Origin: Pseudovirgaria hyperparasitica
Lineage: Eukaryota
Length of the DNA: 64,000 nucleotides
Assembly: GCA_010093815.1 (NCBI GenBank)
Contig: ML996571.1
Reading direction: 5' to 3' (one strand)
In this document: positions 25,201 to 35,500 of the stretch, piece after piece
Layout of the letters: every line of letters begins with the position of its first letter
Position numbering within the stretch: the stretch's first letter is position 1
Notes under the pieces: generated by a model
What the model saw: only the letters and a program-made list of their open reading frames with translations
Database searches by the model: none
What the model was told of the DNA's origin: nothing
Position numbers and translations under genes: made by a program

Positions 25201-25827
25201 GTGGGCATCGCACCCCAAAATGTTCACGCTTCTGCAACACCAGCTGACAAACAGCGTATCATAGCTGAGATGGGCGAGAGCGGTCGCGTCGTTGCTATGG
25301 TCGGTGACGGTATCAATGATAGCCCAGCTCTCGCATCGGCAGCTGTCGGGATCGCTCTTGCTTCTGGCACAGACGTCGCCATGGAAGCTGCAGGTATTGT
25401 TCTCATGAACGCAAATGATCTCCTGGCTATACCAGCATCTCTATATTTGTCTAGCAGCATTTTCCGTCGCATCAAAATGAATTTACTCTGGGCTTGCGGA
25501 TACAACATTATCGGTTTACCATTCGCAATGGGTTTCTTCCTACCCTGGGGTTATCACCTTCATCCAATGGCAGCTGGTGCAGCCATGGCTTGCAGTTCAG
25601 TGTCTGTCGTTGCAAGTAGTCTCGCGTTGAAGTGGTGGCGAAGGCCAAAGTGGATGTCTGTAGAGCAATTGGATCCTGCAGCAGCAGAATTGATGGATAG
25701 GGACAATGCTGGTGAGATTAGGCCAGAGCGCAAACTCAGCCTCTGGCAACGTGTTCGAGGGACATGGTCGCGGAAGCAACGGGAAGAGGAAGGCTATGTC
25801 CCTTTGCAGAATATGAGTGAAGTTTAG
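22276..25827 (+). CDS. CCC2: P1B-type copper-transporting ATPase (CCC2/ATP7-like)
   Basis: Three HMA domains with GMTCGAC plus a fourth degenerate one, TGEA, CPC, DKTGT, SEHP, GDGINDSPA, YN and MACSS transmembrane motifs. Start ATG uncertain. Confidence 0.96.
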   Translation: MSGSSQPASLLDADRALPTPRIPTLAMTATAMTTTTLKVEGMTCGACTSAIESAFEGIEGVGTVSVSLVMERAVIVHDSAKLSPDQAKEMIEDRGFDAEVLSSDLPTARAVDNIIEEANISLMTTTVAISGMTCGACTSAVEGSFKNVAGIKSFSISLLSERAIIEHDPSIIAPEQIVEVIDDTGFDATIMESQASQLHKIDTRKTKILTTTVGIEGMTCGACTKAVTDGFDGVDGILQFNISLLAERAIVVHDPSKITEDRIAEIIDDCGFDAKIISSFEGGSQSSKSSSSVSLKIYGMSKAEHASDLGDKISAVTGITSVSINLRTTRAVINYKPTIVGLRTIVDTIEAAGFNALMADADDNNAQLESLAKTKEIQEWRRAFRTSLMFAVPVLLTSMILPMCIPVLDYGSWEITTGLWFGDLVCLALTVPVQFGIGNRFYVSAYKSMKHGSPTMDVLVVLGTSAAFFFSLAAMIVSIVVPPNTRPATVFDTSTMLITFITLGRYMENRAKGQTSKALSRLMSLAPSMTTIYADPIAAAKIAEGWELPEKYSKPTEAASGSSDEKVIPTELLELGDIVIIKPGDKVPADGLVIRGESYVDESMVTGEAMPIQKKKGSFLMAGTINGAGKMDFRVTRAGRDTQLSQIVRMVQEAQTSRAPIQRIADKVAGYFVPIIITLGLSTFLVWMVLSHVLRRPPRIFLDDESGGKVMVCVKLCISVIVFACPCALGLSTPTAIMVGTGVGAENGILVKGGAALETATKVNHVVLDKTGTLTVGKMAVSNSDILGLWKDDTQKQRLFWTLIGLAEMNSEHPIAKAIVIAAKDYLNIGPESALDGSVGDFEVVPGEGISAFVEAAISPERKRHRVLVGNAPYLKSQGIKLPDGADDEEDPRTTLDSIRSVEDRNPSSKSDDLRYAGTTTIYTAIANEYTGTISLADSLKPAARSTILALARLGISSSIVTGDTLPSALVVASQVGIAPQNVHASATPADKQRIIAEMGESGRVVAMVGDGINDSPALASAAVGIALASGTDVAMEAAGIVLMNANDLLAIPASLYLSSSIFRRIKMNLLWACGYNIIGLPFAMGFFLPWGYHLHPMAAGAAMACSSVSVVASSLALKWWRRPKWMSVEQLDPAAAELMDRDNAGEIRPERKLSLWQRVRGTWSRKQREEEGYVPLQNMSEV

Positions 25828-26230
25828 ATTTGTACAATTATGCTCAGGGTTTTAGAGTATGTCTCTCCTTACATGGCATTTTCTGCGTGCTTTCCCTATG
25901 TTGAGTCGGGACGTTCGAGATCGGAGCGTAGTGGCATGACGACTTCATGGGAACGTCTTACTTATGTTAATCACTATACCACTTGAAAAAGTCATCCTCA
26001 GCACAGTGCGAAAGCTGGCAGAGTTACTAAATTTGAAGCTATTATTTCCAAACAAATGTGAAAGCTTGACGTCACAGCACAATGTATCGCGCTAGCACGT
26101 ATCCGAACTGGCGTGTCGCGAGGCATACCTGATTAACTGCGGTGGATAATTACTGGCATCTCGAATACTGCCAAACTATCATTTCGCAAGCATCTGCATT
26201 TATGCTTAGCCCGTTTCTTTTGTTTCCGTC

Positions 26231-28132
26231 ATGTCTTTTCCAGCGTGGGTTTCTGGTAACTCGAATAAGCAAGGTCGGTCCAATACTGGACTCGGTCGGG
26301 GCAGCGTACCAACAGCCAAGAAACCAAAGTCGCGTCCTCCAAGAAGCTTGAGAGATAACATTGGCTTTTTACAGCGCACATTACCGAAATATGCTGGTCC
26401 ATACAGTGTGAGTCAAGGCGTCGATTTCACTCCTTGGTAGTATATCCGTTGATGCCGAATATAGGTCGGATGCATGGACATCGAAGTCCCCGTCCGCGAC
26501 CCGCGCCATATCTCAGACATCACTCGCGGTGGCGTGCGCATTTTAAAGCTCGACACCATCTTGATGACAGTCTACTACCCGTCAATCATCGGTACTGGCT
26601 CTGGACCAGATCCCTCAGGACGAAAGCACTGGTCACGTGCGACCTGGCTGTCGCGGCCGCGAGTGCGTATGGCGAAAGGGTACGGTGATTTCGCTGGATT
26701 GGGTACGGCTGCCGTGCCCTTCTTTACGGCGACTACCATGTACACCAAACTTCCGGCCTTCAGAAATCCACCGTTGGCAAAGCACTGGACACCGCATTCT
26801 AATGCGCGGCATGAGGGTTGGAAGGTGAAAAACGAAGTTAGCGAGCCGCCAGAAGGATATCCCCATGAACCGGTCTTTCCGTTGATGATGTTTAGCCATG
26901 GGCTTGGAGGCACCAGAACGTGTTACTCAAGTGTATGTGGCGAGTTCGCCAGCCATGGATTCGTTGTGTGTGCTATCGAGCATAGGGACGGTTCGGCGCC
27001 CAGAACCTTTGTGAATAGGACCAAGGAATCGCGTGACCAGGAGAAGAACGGCAAATCTGAGCCCAACGGCATGGCGCATCGTGCGGGCACAGGTGTAAAT
27101 CGAGCGGAGCTTAAGAAGGAGAAAGTAGGATACGACATGATAGACTATATCTGGCCTAAAGGCAACCCGTACGATACAAGTCCATCGAACGACCAAGGCG
27201 TGGACACGCAATTGCGACAGGACCAGATCAAATTCCGCATGGCTGAGATCGAGGAGGCCTACTGGGTATTGAGCGAACTAGAGAAAGGCGACGGCGAAAT
27301 GATTGCACAAAGAAATCTTCGGCGGAAAGGAAACGTGGGATCAAGCTCCCGTGGTTTAGAGGGTATCAACTGGAATGAATGGAAAGGGCGTTTCGATATC
27401 AAGGATGTCACCATGGTGGGTCATTCCTTCGGTGCTGCCACCACAATCGAAATTCTGCGCAACAGAACCAAGATGAACTGGGTTTCACAAGGCATTATCT
27501 TGGATATTTGGGGCGCGCCACTAGGGCCATCCGCGGAAGACCCGGAACATCGGATCAATGCTCCTTTATTAGGGGTCAACAGTGAGGCATTTATGTACTG
27601 GCAGCAGAACTTCGATACTGTTCAGAAGTTATGCCAAGAAGCCAAAGACCAGGATGCACCGACGTGGCTCTTGACTGTCCGTGGAACAGTCCATATCTCA
27701 CAGTCTGACTTTGCCATCTTGTTTCCACACATCCTTGCCGTGCTTCTCAAGATGACAGTCAATCCCCGGCGGGCTCTCGACTTGAACATCAACGCCAGCC
27801 TCGAATTCTTGTGTCAGGTAATGCCACGCCGCCACGTTGAAGTCGTTAGTCGTGCCTTTGAAGACGAGAAAGTGCTGGCCATCGAACCGATTGATAAATT
27901 ACCAGAAGAGCGCAAACCAAAAGACGAGAGGTATTTAGCTGCACGGCTTGAGGCCAAGCCACGTGAGATTCGCGCGAGGCTTCTACCGAAGTTTGAAAGG
28001 AAGAAGAAAAGGATTCAAAAGGAGTTTGGAACGTCTGATTACAGTGAGATCTGGATGCATAATTCTTCCAGCCAGGGGTGTTTGCAGATATATAAAGAGA
28101 AACAGGGAAAGGGATGGTGTGACGGTCCTTGA
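26231..28132 (+). CDS. Platelet-activating-factor acetylhydrolase family alpha/beta hydrolase
   Basis: Exon 1 ...LPKYAGPYS, intron 26408-26464, then VGCMDIEVP; FSHGLGG, EFASHGFVVCAIEHRDGS, nucleophile GHSFGAAT, LDIW, HISQSDF. Confidence 0.92.
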
Positions 28133-28332
28133 GAGTTTATCAGAGCGTGATCACTTCTATGAAAAAGATACCGAACAGAGCAAAATTAATAACTTCAAGA
28201 TCGATTCCACTGCTCTAGGCCTTCTCTGGACCAAGGTATCAGCCTCGAAGCTAGCACATCCTGGACTCCAGCCGTCAAAACAAATGCTGTTCTCATTCAC
28301 TCCGCACCGTGCACCGCTCGAACAAACTCCTA

Positions 28333-29735
28333 TCAGTATTTCGTCAAGACCGGAGAGCCAGCACATGGCGGTTGGGAGAATTTGGTTTGCACAAACACCT
28401 TCTGCATGCCATCCTCCTTCTTCTCGAATTTGTAATAGACCTGATCCATCTGCGAGATGTCTACCCGGTGAGACACCATCTTGAGCGGATCGATACTGCC
28501 ATCCTGGATCATCTTAAGAAGTTTCTCCCAGTACAGATGGACTGGAGCCTGTCCATTGCCGATAAGTCGAATACCACGCTCCATCAAACTGCCGATATTG
28601 AAATGGTTGGTCTTCAGTCCAGTATCAGCTGTCGAATGAAGATTTGAAAGTTGGGCAGAACACTTACATAACCAGCATAAACTCCTGTAATACCACACCG
28701 CCCGTAATTCTTCACACTTTCAATCATCTCATTCACTATCTCGCTCGTATCCGTCTCCAGCCCCATTTGCATCTCGAACCAGTGCGCCCATCCCTTTGTA
28801 TACTCGCCCGCTACACATTCCAGCGCCACGTCTGGGCCTCGCCCATCACACATCTCTTTCAATCTCCGCACCACACTAGTGCCCTTAGGCAGATTCTTGA
28901 AATCGATGAGCTCAGTCTTCGGATGCCTCTCTTTGATATAATCAAGTCGCCAATTGCTATCAATGACAATGACTCGCTTTGCTCCGTTCATAAAACTGAA
29001 ATCGACGCACATTTGCCCGATTGGGCCCGCGCCCCATATGGCAACAGTGTCCCCCTCTTTGACACCTGTATCAACAACGCAATTCCAGCTTGTCGCAATC
29101 ACATCGCTCAGATAAAGACCTTTCTCGTCTGGCACATCATCCGGCAATTTGAGCAGGTTTACATCACCGCAGGGCACGCGCACATACTCAGCTTGTCCGC
29201 CAGCGAACCCTCCCGTGAAATGTGAATACCCAAACATACCTGCTGTACGCCCGCCGTACATGGCATCCTCGAGGGTATTCGCATTCGTTTTCTCGCACTG
29301 ACTGCTCAGCTTCTGTTTACAGTAATAACAATCGCCACACGCGATCTGGAAGCTCGCCACCACGCGGTCGCCCTTATTCAGACCAGTACGGCCGGCGTCG
29401 GCACCCATGCTGTCAATAACACCACAGAACTCATGACCCAGGATATCGCCTTTCTTCATCTCGACAATGGCTCCGTGCAGCAGGTGCAGGTCGGAGCCGC
29501 ATACTGTGCTACCAGTAACTTTCAGAATCACGTCTCGCGGCTCGATGACGACGGGTTTTTTGGCAGTCACCATCTTGACGCTGTTCTTGCCAGCCCATAC
29601 GAGCGCTTGCATTGTCTCCGTATCGTCGCCGGCGCCGGGTGTGAGAGATGGGTTTGTGACATCTTGCGCGGTGATCGCGGAGCCGGAGTGCCCGAGGGCG
29701 GATTCAAGAGCGTAAGCGGCTTGAGACAGAGCCAT
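28333..29735 (-). CDS. Zinc-dependent MDR dehydrogenase, formaldehyde-dehydrogenase-like (YbdR/AdhB-type)
   Basis: CGSDLH, GHEFCG, structural Zn CGDCYYC..C, GGFAGGQAEYVRVP, GAGPIG; intron ~28613-28668; last exon TNHFNIGSLMERG...GQAPVH. Confidence 0.93.
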
Positions 29736-30514
29736 TCTGAACAGGAGGATTTGGATGCAGTTTGAGAAGACGGAAAGAGAACAGGAGCTTGGGCAGGAGG
29801 TAAATGTATAAGGTAGCTAGGTAACACTTAACCTGACTGGGGAATCGGGACGCAAATGCTGTCTAGAGAGGGCAATGACACTACAATGACATCGCTCGCT
29901 TGTGTCTTTCAAGGGGGCGACAAGGCGTAAACATTATAGGGCGACGTGCCTGCCGGTCAAGTCCCATCCCTAGTATACTCTCGTCATGTAGCTTTATTCA
30001 AATCCTGCACGTCATGATCTTGCGGCGCCTTATCATATATGCGCATCCCTGGCATAAAGTATGAAATCCACATGTGCCATCTAGTAATCAAATACTAATG
30101 GTGTGGATATGGGATTTCGTCAGAATCCCATGGTCAGAACACCAGATCTCGATGGTGGGGTCATGCGGAATCCTGATGGCAATTTGACGTCATACGCACG
30201 TTTTGGCGGGGGCGGGACGGACCACAGGGGTCGCGCAATAGTGGATCGCATTAAAACATGTTCATTCATGGCTCGGCTCCTGCTTATGCCATAGCGATTG
30301 TGGATGGCAAAGTCTTCCGGACATGGAGCACAGTCACATCATAGAACAGTTGTTTTCATGAATATTATAAACTCGTGGATGGCCTTGAAAGAACAAATGT
30401 ATGAAGGGTCAATTATATGTACGAACGGATGATCTGTCAGGCGTCCGGCACACGCTGAAAGAAACGCTGAACAAGTCTGACCACCCAGAAGAAACTCCAT
30501 ACCTATTATATCAT

Positions 30515-31489
30515 CTACTCCTCGCCGACATACATGAAAGATACTCCCATGATGTCGTCGTATTTCCCATCGTGTTTCAACGCTTTAGCCGAATCATACG
30601 TTACAGAGTATTGCAATTTATCGCCAACTTTGATGATACCGAGATCCTTGCACTGAGAACCTCCTGAGACGTGGGCAAGCCCATCAGAACTAACAAAATT
30701 CGCATTCGCCCCGTACGATTGCTCTGAAATGCAGATGTGCTGGTCATTGAGACTCAAGGTAGAGTTAAGTCCACCATCATGAACGTGGGACTTGGCCACT
30801 AACAAGCGTCCTGCTACAGTGGATGTCCATGAGTCCGAATCATATGTGGAGATGCCAGGGACCAAAGTAACATCGCCATCTCCGCATGGTGCTCCTATGT
30901 TCGTCCAAAGTAGCTGCGCCTTGTGATACTTGATGCCTTCTGGACTATTCTTTGGAATCCATTCGTAGTGCACGGAGATCTGGACTTCTTTGTCTTCGCC
31001 CGATTCGTTCATTATCTCGACAACGTTGGTCCACTCTGCGTCTTTGCTGACATAGTAGCCCCAGGGGCCATGCTCGTCCAGCCGCCACTCAGGACGCTCA
31101 TTGCCGGAAGTGAAGAATAGATCTCCAGCCATATTACCACAGACCGCATCTACCTCTTTGTTGTTGAACTGCATGAAATGGTGTAGCCAGACACCAGAAT
31201 CCCAATTTGCGGGAGTACCATCAAGATAGGTGAGGTCGGCTTGCATGGCGACGATGTAGCAGTCTGTGCATGGCTTTGAAGCGTCTGTCTCTGGTGGAAA
31301 GGATGACATGGAATGGCGAGCTAATTGATACGTTGAAACATCCTTTCGAGTCTGCAGATCCTCGATCATCGAGCCAGCACCATACGTTATAGTGGTCTTT
31401 CGAAGCGGCGATGTCGATTTGGGTCCATGTGCAGCACTAAACGGCGCCTGCGTCAGAAGAAGACTCAAGAATAGAAGAAAGTACGCCAT
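30515..31489 (-). CDS. Secreted protein with PHM/DBH-like copper-monooxygenase motifs
   Basis: Signal peptide MAYFLLFLSLLLTQAPFSAA; PCTDC, WLHHFM, SGNER, SHVHDGG, DIMG; paired Cys. The ORF is solid; the function is inferred. Confidence 0.75.
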   Translation of the reverse strand: MAYFLLFLSLLLTQAPFSAAHGPKSTSPLRKTTITYGAGSMIEDLQTRKDVSTYQLARHSMSSFPPETDASKPCTDCYIVAMQADLTYLDGTPANWDSGVWLHHFMQFNNKEVDAVCGNMAGDLFFTSGNERPEWRLDEHGPWGYYVSKDAEWTNVVEIMNESGEDKEVQISVHYEWIPKNSPEGIKYHKAQLLWTNIGAPCGDGDVTLVPGISTYDSDSWTSTVAGRLLVAKSHVHDGGLNSTLSLNDQHICISEQSYGANANFVSSDGLAHVSGGSQCKDLGIIKVGDKLQYSVTYDSAKALKHDGKYDDIMGVSFMYVGEE

Positions 31490-32212
31490 GTTGGTGTCTA
31501 AAGAAATTGGGAGATATTTTGAAGAGTGATATGGCTGGATATTGTGATGACCATCTGCAAGTACGAAGAACGGCATCTTTATATGATTATAATCTATTTG
31601 ATCAAGCAGTAGTACGTGCCTCAACTGCGTCTGTATCTCAGCACTATGTTTCAGCCATACTTCCGGATATTGGCTGAATGGCTGAACTGCAGCAACGCTT
31701 TATCAGCTGCAGAGTTTACTAAAATATTGACAAGCTATGAATAGTTGCACTGAGATGTTGAAAATATTACAGAACATTAGAAAAACGTACTTTGTTTTTT
31801 CCACTTACTCAATACAGAAATGGTACGATGCAAGAGTTCGCTTATGCAGCAAGCCACAAATCTATTCTGGGATACGTCGCGTGGCAGCCTTGTAGACCTC
31901 GTGCCAACGCTGCGAGACTCTTGAGCTAATGATGTCTCATTGGTGGATAAATTGAATGCGCTTCATGATCATGTCCACTTTTTGGTTTGTTGTGTGTAAA
32001 GGTAGGGGCTGATGCCTTTACCCCTGACAACTGACGGGGGTTAAGTCGAGGCTGACAATTCAGTGCAGAAGCTTGAAGAAATGCCCAAATCAATACACTA
32101 TATAAACAACACCACGATTCTCAAATGTATCGATTTCAGTGTCGACCAACTTCGGGCTATTCGCAGTCATACTCTTCACTCTATTCCAACAAGTGACCCT
32201 ACAAGCATCAAC

Positions 32213-32540
32213 ATGAAGTCCACAACTCTTCTTACATCTACTCTCATGCTCGTCATGGCCAAACCTATTCTGACAGCGCCTATCACAGTCGAAGACAATC
32301 AATCTGCCTCTATCCAGGAGCGTGAAGCCACCGACCTTACAACAGAGGCGACAGGTCCAAACGGATCACAGGACTGGCTTACGCCAAGGTCCGATCATAG
32401 TGCAGATACTGAGAATCCCCAAAGGTGAGGGTCAGATAATGCTGCACGTGGCTGCTACATACTGTTAATGCCTAAACAGAGAACCACTCGAAGAAAGGGA
32501 TCAAACATCGAAAGGATGGTACTATTGCTGCGTTATGTAG
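32213..32540 (+). CDS. Small secreted prepro-peptide ending in CAAX-like WYYCCVM
   Basis: TATA-like TATATAAA at ~32099; ATG 32213 with signal peptide MKSTTLLTSTLMLVMAKPILTAP; intron 32425-32479 (GTGAGG...AAACAG); exon 2 EPLEERDQTSKGWYYCCVM*. Confidence 0.62.
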
Positions 32541-35500
32541 AGATATCGAAGAGACGGTGGCACATAAATATACTCTGAACAACTCCACTACATCCAAGTG
32601 CCAGATACCCGTGACAGCCATACGTGAATAGCAACATAAGCCCTCGACAAAAGGTCTACTACCCTCATCTAGCTACTTAGCGACTCCCAAAGCGCAAGCC
32701 CCCCGACCGCCCGAGGAAACAGCATCCGCGCAGCCATCAACGAACGCATTGGACTCCTCCAACACATCCACAACCCTAGCTCCATCAGGCCTCGTAGTAT
32801 CCATAATCACACCCTCCCTCTCCAACAGCGCCAGAATCTTATTGCTCGGTTCCAGTATCAGTGTCCACATCCAGATCCATTCAACAGGCATGATGCCTAC
32901 TGCAGTGGGCCATAGCTTCCATGGTAGTGCGCAGGGCGACTCTTTGTGTTCGATATAGGCCACGTCGCTGCATATCAAGACGGTAGCGAAGTCACTCAAG
33001 GGCACAGGGCGTGAAAGTTTCCAGCAGACTAGGTTCATTTATTAGTGGCGACGTGATCGGACCCGAGGATGGTAGCGTACATTAAAGGAAGGGGTCGGTA
33101 GGCGGTAGTCATGGACTTGTCTTTGAAGAAGGGGCTGGTCATGGCAATGCCTCGGAGGATTGGAGGGCAGTGGGGTGGCATGAATACGTCGCCGAGAAAC
33201 GCTGATCAGTGTTAGTGGTTTAAAAAATAAGTTAAGGGTGGTGGTTTGAGATCGATGGTGTGACGAACTCCTGGTCTAGTATTCTCGCGATTCAAGAGAG
33301 ATAACGGGTTCTATGATCTATCAAACCTGATTGATGGTACAGTTAGTATGGCGATAGTGAAAGGGCATGAACTAGAGCGTAAATATGCTATATATGCTTG
33401 GAAGTGCCTAGATAGGACTCGAAGGACCGTATCAGCCCGGCTTCCAGAGGATACCCCCGGTGCGATAGTACCAACCACAAGGACCTAGTCATCTTGGAGG
33501 TAGCTTTGCGGCTATCGTATGTGCCTCTGGAAATAAAACGTACGACAAGAAGATTCCAGACGGAGTCGAACAGGTCGTTAACGATGTTAACGATACAAAC
33601 GGCGTGAAATGGATGAGTTGGGCGGATGGGGTGAAAAGGGCGAAAGGGGCGAACAGAGCTACCCCTAAGCCTCCACCTATCGGATCCAGAGTCCGCTTAG
33701 AACGAAAGCCGTCGAACAGGACCTACATATACGACTGGCTGTGGCGTGTCTTACTTCTTACTGAATATACGAGACTAGTTTTTTTTACAACGGGGTGCAA
33801 CTAGTTTGCTCAGTTTCATTGTATTGTCAGATGACAATAACTTTGTCGGTCGGAATGTATATGAGTCAACGCCGTGTCATGCGCAAGGCCACATGTTTAT
33901 TGCAACGTGAACACGTCAATTCCCTCTGAAAACAGTGGCATTAATAGCCTTCGTGTGCTGCTATGTGACATGGCTTGCGTAACTGACCACTTTTCACAAG
34001 TCCTCACTACCCTGATACATGCTGATAACGACCTCTATTGTCTCTTTGTGTAGAATCAGTGAATAGGCTGCTCACGCGGCTTACCTACCCTGCAAAGCTG
34101 ATCGTCTCCTTGATCCATGAGCTCCGGTATTTTGCTGCCGACCCTACCTTTCAGCAACAGCTCTCGCGCCTGATCCATCACGATGATGATCTTGTTCATT
34201 ACGAAATACATGTGCAAAGAAGTCCTCTATCAACTTGATTTGTCAAATCTATCCCCAGCAGTGCACAAGGTTTGCAAGTTTGATGCGATGTTTTGTGCTC
34301 GTCCATTGTCAGCGCGGCGTTGACCTTCCTGAGGTATCTACGGTGATGTTCGTCATCAACACCAATCCGCAATGTGTGTCATCATCGCTTACGCAGCAAT
34401 TTTTTGCATATGAAGTTCGATTGGCAGCCCTTTCTCCTAATCGGTAAAGCCAGATTGAAGAGAGAAGCCATCAGTCCTTTGAAGATGCTGGACCACCAGT
34501 CAATCGAGATGTAAGATATCTGTGTAGTAGAGTCTCTAAAGCAAAGAGAATATGCTATATATACCTATCGGCCCCCTATCGAGTAGTGGGACTGGAGAGC
34601 TACCCGGCAGTCTACCATCCACTGGTGGTGAATGGGAGGCCGTGCTTAATGTATCATGTCTATTAATCGGGCTAGAGACTTGCATTAGTATCCTGCCCGG
34701 CAAAGTACACTTCACCATATGGATTGTTTGGTATCCTAGGTAGGTATAAAGTCAGCCTCGATTGCATCAAAAACAGAGACAGAAAAATGGACGTCTTCAT
34801 ATCCCTTCTCTAAGCGAATTGCCACCGGAATGGTCAGCAGAGGAGTGATGCGCGAACATCTCCTTTCCGTTGAATGCTTGTTGAAAACGGTAATCGAGCT
34901 CATCATCAAGGTTGCTGTTTCCCCTATTTTCTGTCAGTGCCCCCAATGGTGAATATCACGAAAACTATCCCGTGATTTCCTAATTGACATTCTGTTACAT
35001 CACAATCATATCAATATCGCCGACAAATAAGGTAGTAAAGGCGAGCAATGTTTGGCCTAATTCAATACCACGTAGCATATATGACGGGTTTGGACTTCGG
35101 AGGCATACACAATCGATCCTAGAAGTGAGCTCAACAAGCTCTGCACAATATCAGTATAGGTACTGTCACCAACTAGGGCTACTAACCATCATCACCGTGC
35201 ACAGCAGTACACAACTATTACGCCACAATTTTCTCTGTCCGGGGGCGACACCATACATAATGTTCCGAACAAATTCCAGTTGCACATAATTTTTCCAGAT
35301 AAACCTTATCAGCGCAGAAGGTGCTGCAGAATGTAAAACCAAAAGAGCACGGACGTACCTATACTGATGGTATATATACAAACCAGCCGCTTCAAAAGCT
35401 ATAAACCTCGCACCACAAGTTGGTTAAGTACCCGGTAGGCTCATTCACAACCCAAATCCCGCGTTTAGTTATCTACTGAGTCTGCAACGGTATGTATACA

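Noticed and set aside
32673..33200. 121-aa minus-strand ORF with an apparent upstream intron
   Set aside because: Could not build an in-frame spliced model and no motif was recognised; may be a remnant
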